Origin: the human T2T-CHM13v2.0 reference genome, Homo sapiens
NCBI RefSeq assembly: GCF_009914755.1
Contig: NC_060925.1
DNA length: 64,000 nt
Strand: one strand, 5' to 3'
In this document: piece by piece, positions 61,986-64,000 of the stretch
How positions within the stretch are numbered: the first letter of the stretch is position 1
Layout: the number at the start of each line of letters is the position of its first letter
Program-made: the position numbers and the translations under genes
Notes under the pieces: model-generated
The model's database searches: none
Told to the model about the DNA's origin: nothing
The model's input: the letters and a program-made list of their open reading frames with translations, nothing else

Positions 61986-63479
61986 ACAATTTCATCATCA
62001 AAGCCTGACAACATCCTGTTAACTCACTGAATCTCTCACATGCAAACAAATAAAATCTGGCTCAAACTTTCTGAAAACACAGTCAGCTGGACACCAATCA
62101 TTCTCAGACTTCCTCTGCCCACAGCCACAGGAGGGAGGATCCCTTTGCTCCAAGACAGAGATGATCTGTCTGGTTAGGAAGCATAGCCCCTGCTGATGAG
62201 CTTCACTGCAAACACTTAGGGCTATCTGACCACAGGTGAGCTGGGCTCTTCCTGTTTGCCAACACTTGTGTCTATCCTTTTTTGACTCCTGATCACCTTT
62301 ACTAAGACAGCTTTTGCAAGCCTTTTTCTCCTGCCATTCCAAACCACTTCCCATTATGCCAAGATGCTAACCCTACTTCTTAATCTAGAGAGATCGGGCC
62401 TTCTTCAGAGAAGCTGCCCTCATTCCCTTACCCTCTAGCCTGGTCCGACGCACCATGTCAGACACTTGCATAGCTCTCTATACTTCTCTTTCATAGTCTG
62501 CAGGTATCTATTTGTGTTATTACTTGATTACCATCTGTCCCCCATCCCTATCCACTCAAAGTTCTGTGAGGGCTGGTATAGTGTTTATTAATCTAATCTC
62601 TGTAACCAACAAAATGCCTGGCACATAGTATACTCAATAAACACTTGCTGGTTGAATGATGAGTATCTATTAAAACTTTTGTTTTTTTAATCTCACATTT
62701 TCTCTATCTCCCCTAACTTTTTTTCCTTCCCTCCTTTCTCAAGGGAAGAATTATCTCCCTGTAACTGTGCTTTTGATCCTGCCCCCTCACATATTTGCCA
62801 CTAATTTTAGAGAACATACTTGCCTTTTAATAATGTAAAAGGTACCAGGGTCATCATGAATAACAAAAATTATTTACTCCATGTATCAACTGCATACGAA
62901 CCTGTGCTAACTATAAGGTGATCCTGACAGAAGCTGGTTTCCTTATGTTTTATCTCACTTAGGGAAAAAACAAAACAGAACTCAGAACATGCAAGTGGCA
63001 TATCTTCCATCTAAAGTTTTGGTTAAGTGGGATTTCCAGTTGGCAAAAAAGGCTATATAATGAAGTTTTTACAGTTCTCCAGTGCATGAGTCAGATCAGT
63101 GGACTTACTTCACATCAATACCATGAATTAGCAGAGCAGATCTGCTTTTACTAAATGCAGTTTCATGGAACAAGACATCTCTTCAATGGACGGTAGCACT
63201 GTAACATCACTTCTTAAACATGAAGACAGTCTACAAAAAGATTTTTTGATCTCTAATTACCGAAGTGTAACACTGGCCTGTATGGACCTCTATATGATAA
63301 TGACTGCTAACACTATTACATAAGCTGTGTGCCAGGTGCCATTCTAAACTCTTTACCTGTATAATCCCAATAATCCTATGAGCTAGGTACTCTTGTTATC
63401 CTAACTTTCCACTAAAGAGGAAACGGAAGCACAGGAGGTTAAGTGATGAGCCCAAGTCACATGGTAACTGGTTGTGATA

Positions 63480-64000
63480 CTGTAATAAATGCAAATTCGG
63501 TCTCTGCCCCCTCATTTCTGGCACACAGCTCCTTGATCCCTTGGAATCTCCAGATGAGTATCTTTTGTATGTTAATGGGATAATTGATGGCTGGGGGTTT
63601 CTAGATAGCCTCAGGACGAGGGGCTGGTCCCCAGAGAAACCAACCATGTGATTAGACAGTTGAAGCTTTCAGCCCCCTGCTTAACCCCACCCCAGGGGAA
63701 AGGGGCTGAAGGCTGAGCTGATCACCAATGGCCAACTGATGTGATCAATCATGCCTGCGAAATGAATCCTCCACAAACACCAAAAGGACAGAGTTCAGGA
63801 AGCTTCCAGATAGGTGAACATGTGGAGGTTCCTGGAGGCACCTGAAGAGGGCCTGGAAGTGCTGCACCTTTTCTCCCATACCTTGCATGCATCTCTTCCA
63901 TCTGGTCATTCATCTGTATCCTTTGTAATATCCTTTACAACAAATGGATAAACCTAAGGAAACTGTTTCCCGGAGTTCTGTGAGCTGCTCTTGCAAATTA
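63480..64000. mobile_element. LTR element (MER21-like), truncated by the window end
   Basis: ggtctctgcccc...ttctggcacacagctcc...cccttggaatctcc, gggctggtccccagagaaaccaaccatgtgattag. Confidence 0.6.

Overview
Human (or near-identical great-ape) genomic DNA that I recognise as the 1q25.3 KIAA1614–STX6 interval. Plus strand: the last coding exons of KIAA1614 (256-496, 3625-3752, 4538-4722/4823) and a further in-frame exon at 9581-9774. That exon completes a Par6-like PDZ domain which is missing from the read-through C-terminus. Next come a CpG island (~12.95-13.9 kb, probable KIAA1614-AS1 promoter), a full-length THE1C retroelement, and an unprocessed partial MR1 pseudogene (alpha1 + alpha2 exons, two Trp-to-stop codons). 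Minus strand: STX6 (syntaxin-6) exons 3-8 with a ~3.85 kb 3'UTR, a U12-type AC acceptor before exon 3, and exons 4-7 bracketed by inverted Alus (391-nt circle, 144-aa ORF). The rest is Alu/L1/L2/MIR/MER/LTR sequence. Best lead: a splice-versus-read-through switch at 4723 decides whether KIAA1614 carries a Par6-like semi-CRIB-PDZ module. All comparisons to known proteins and repeat families are from memory, not from searches.
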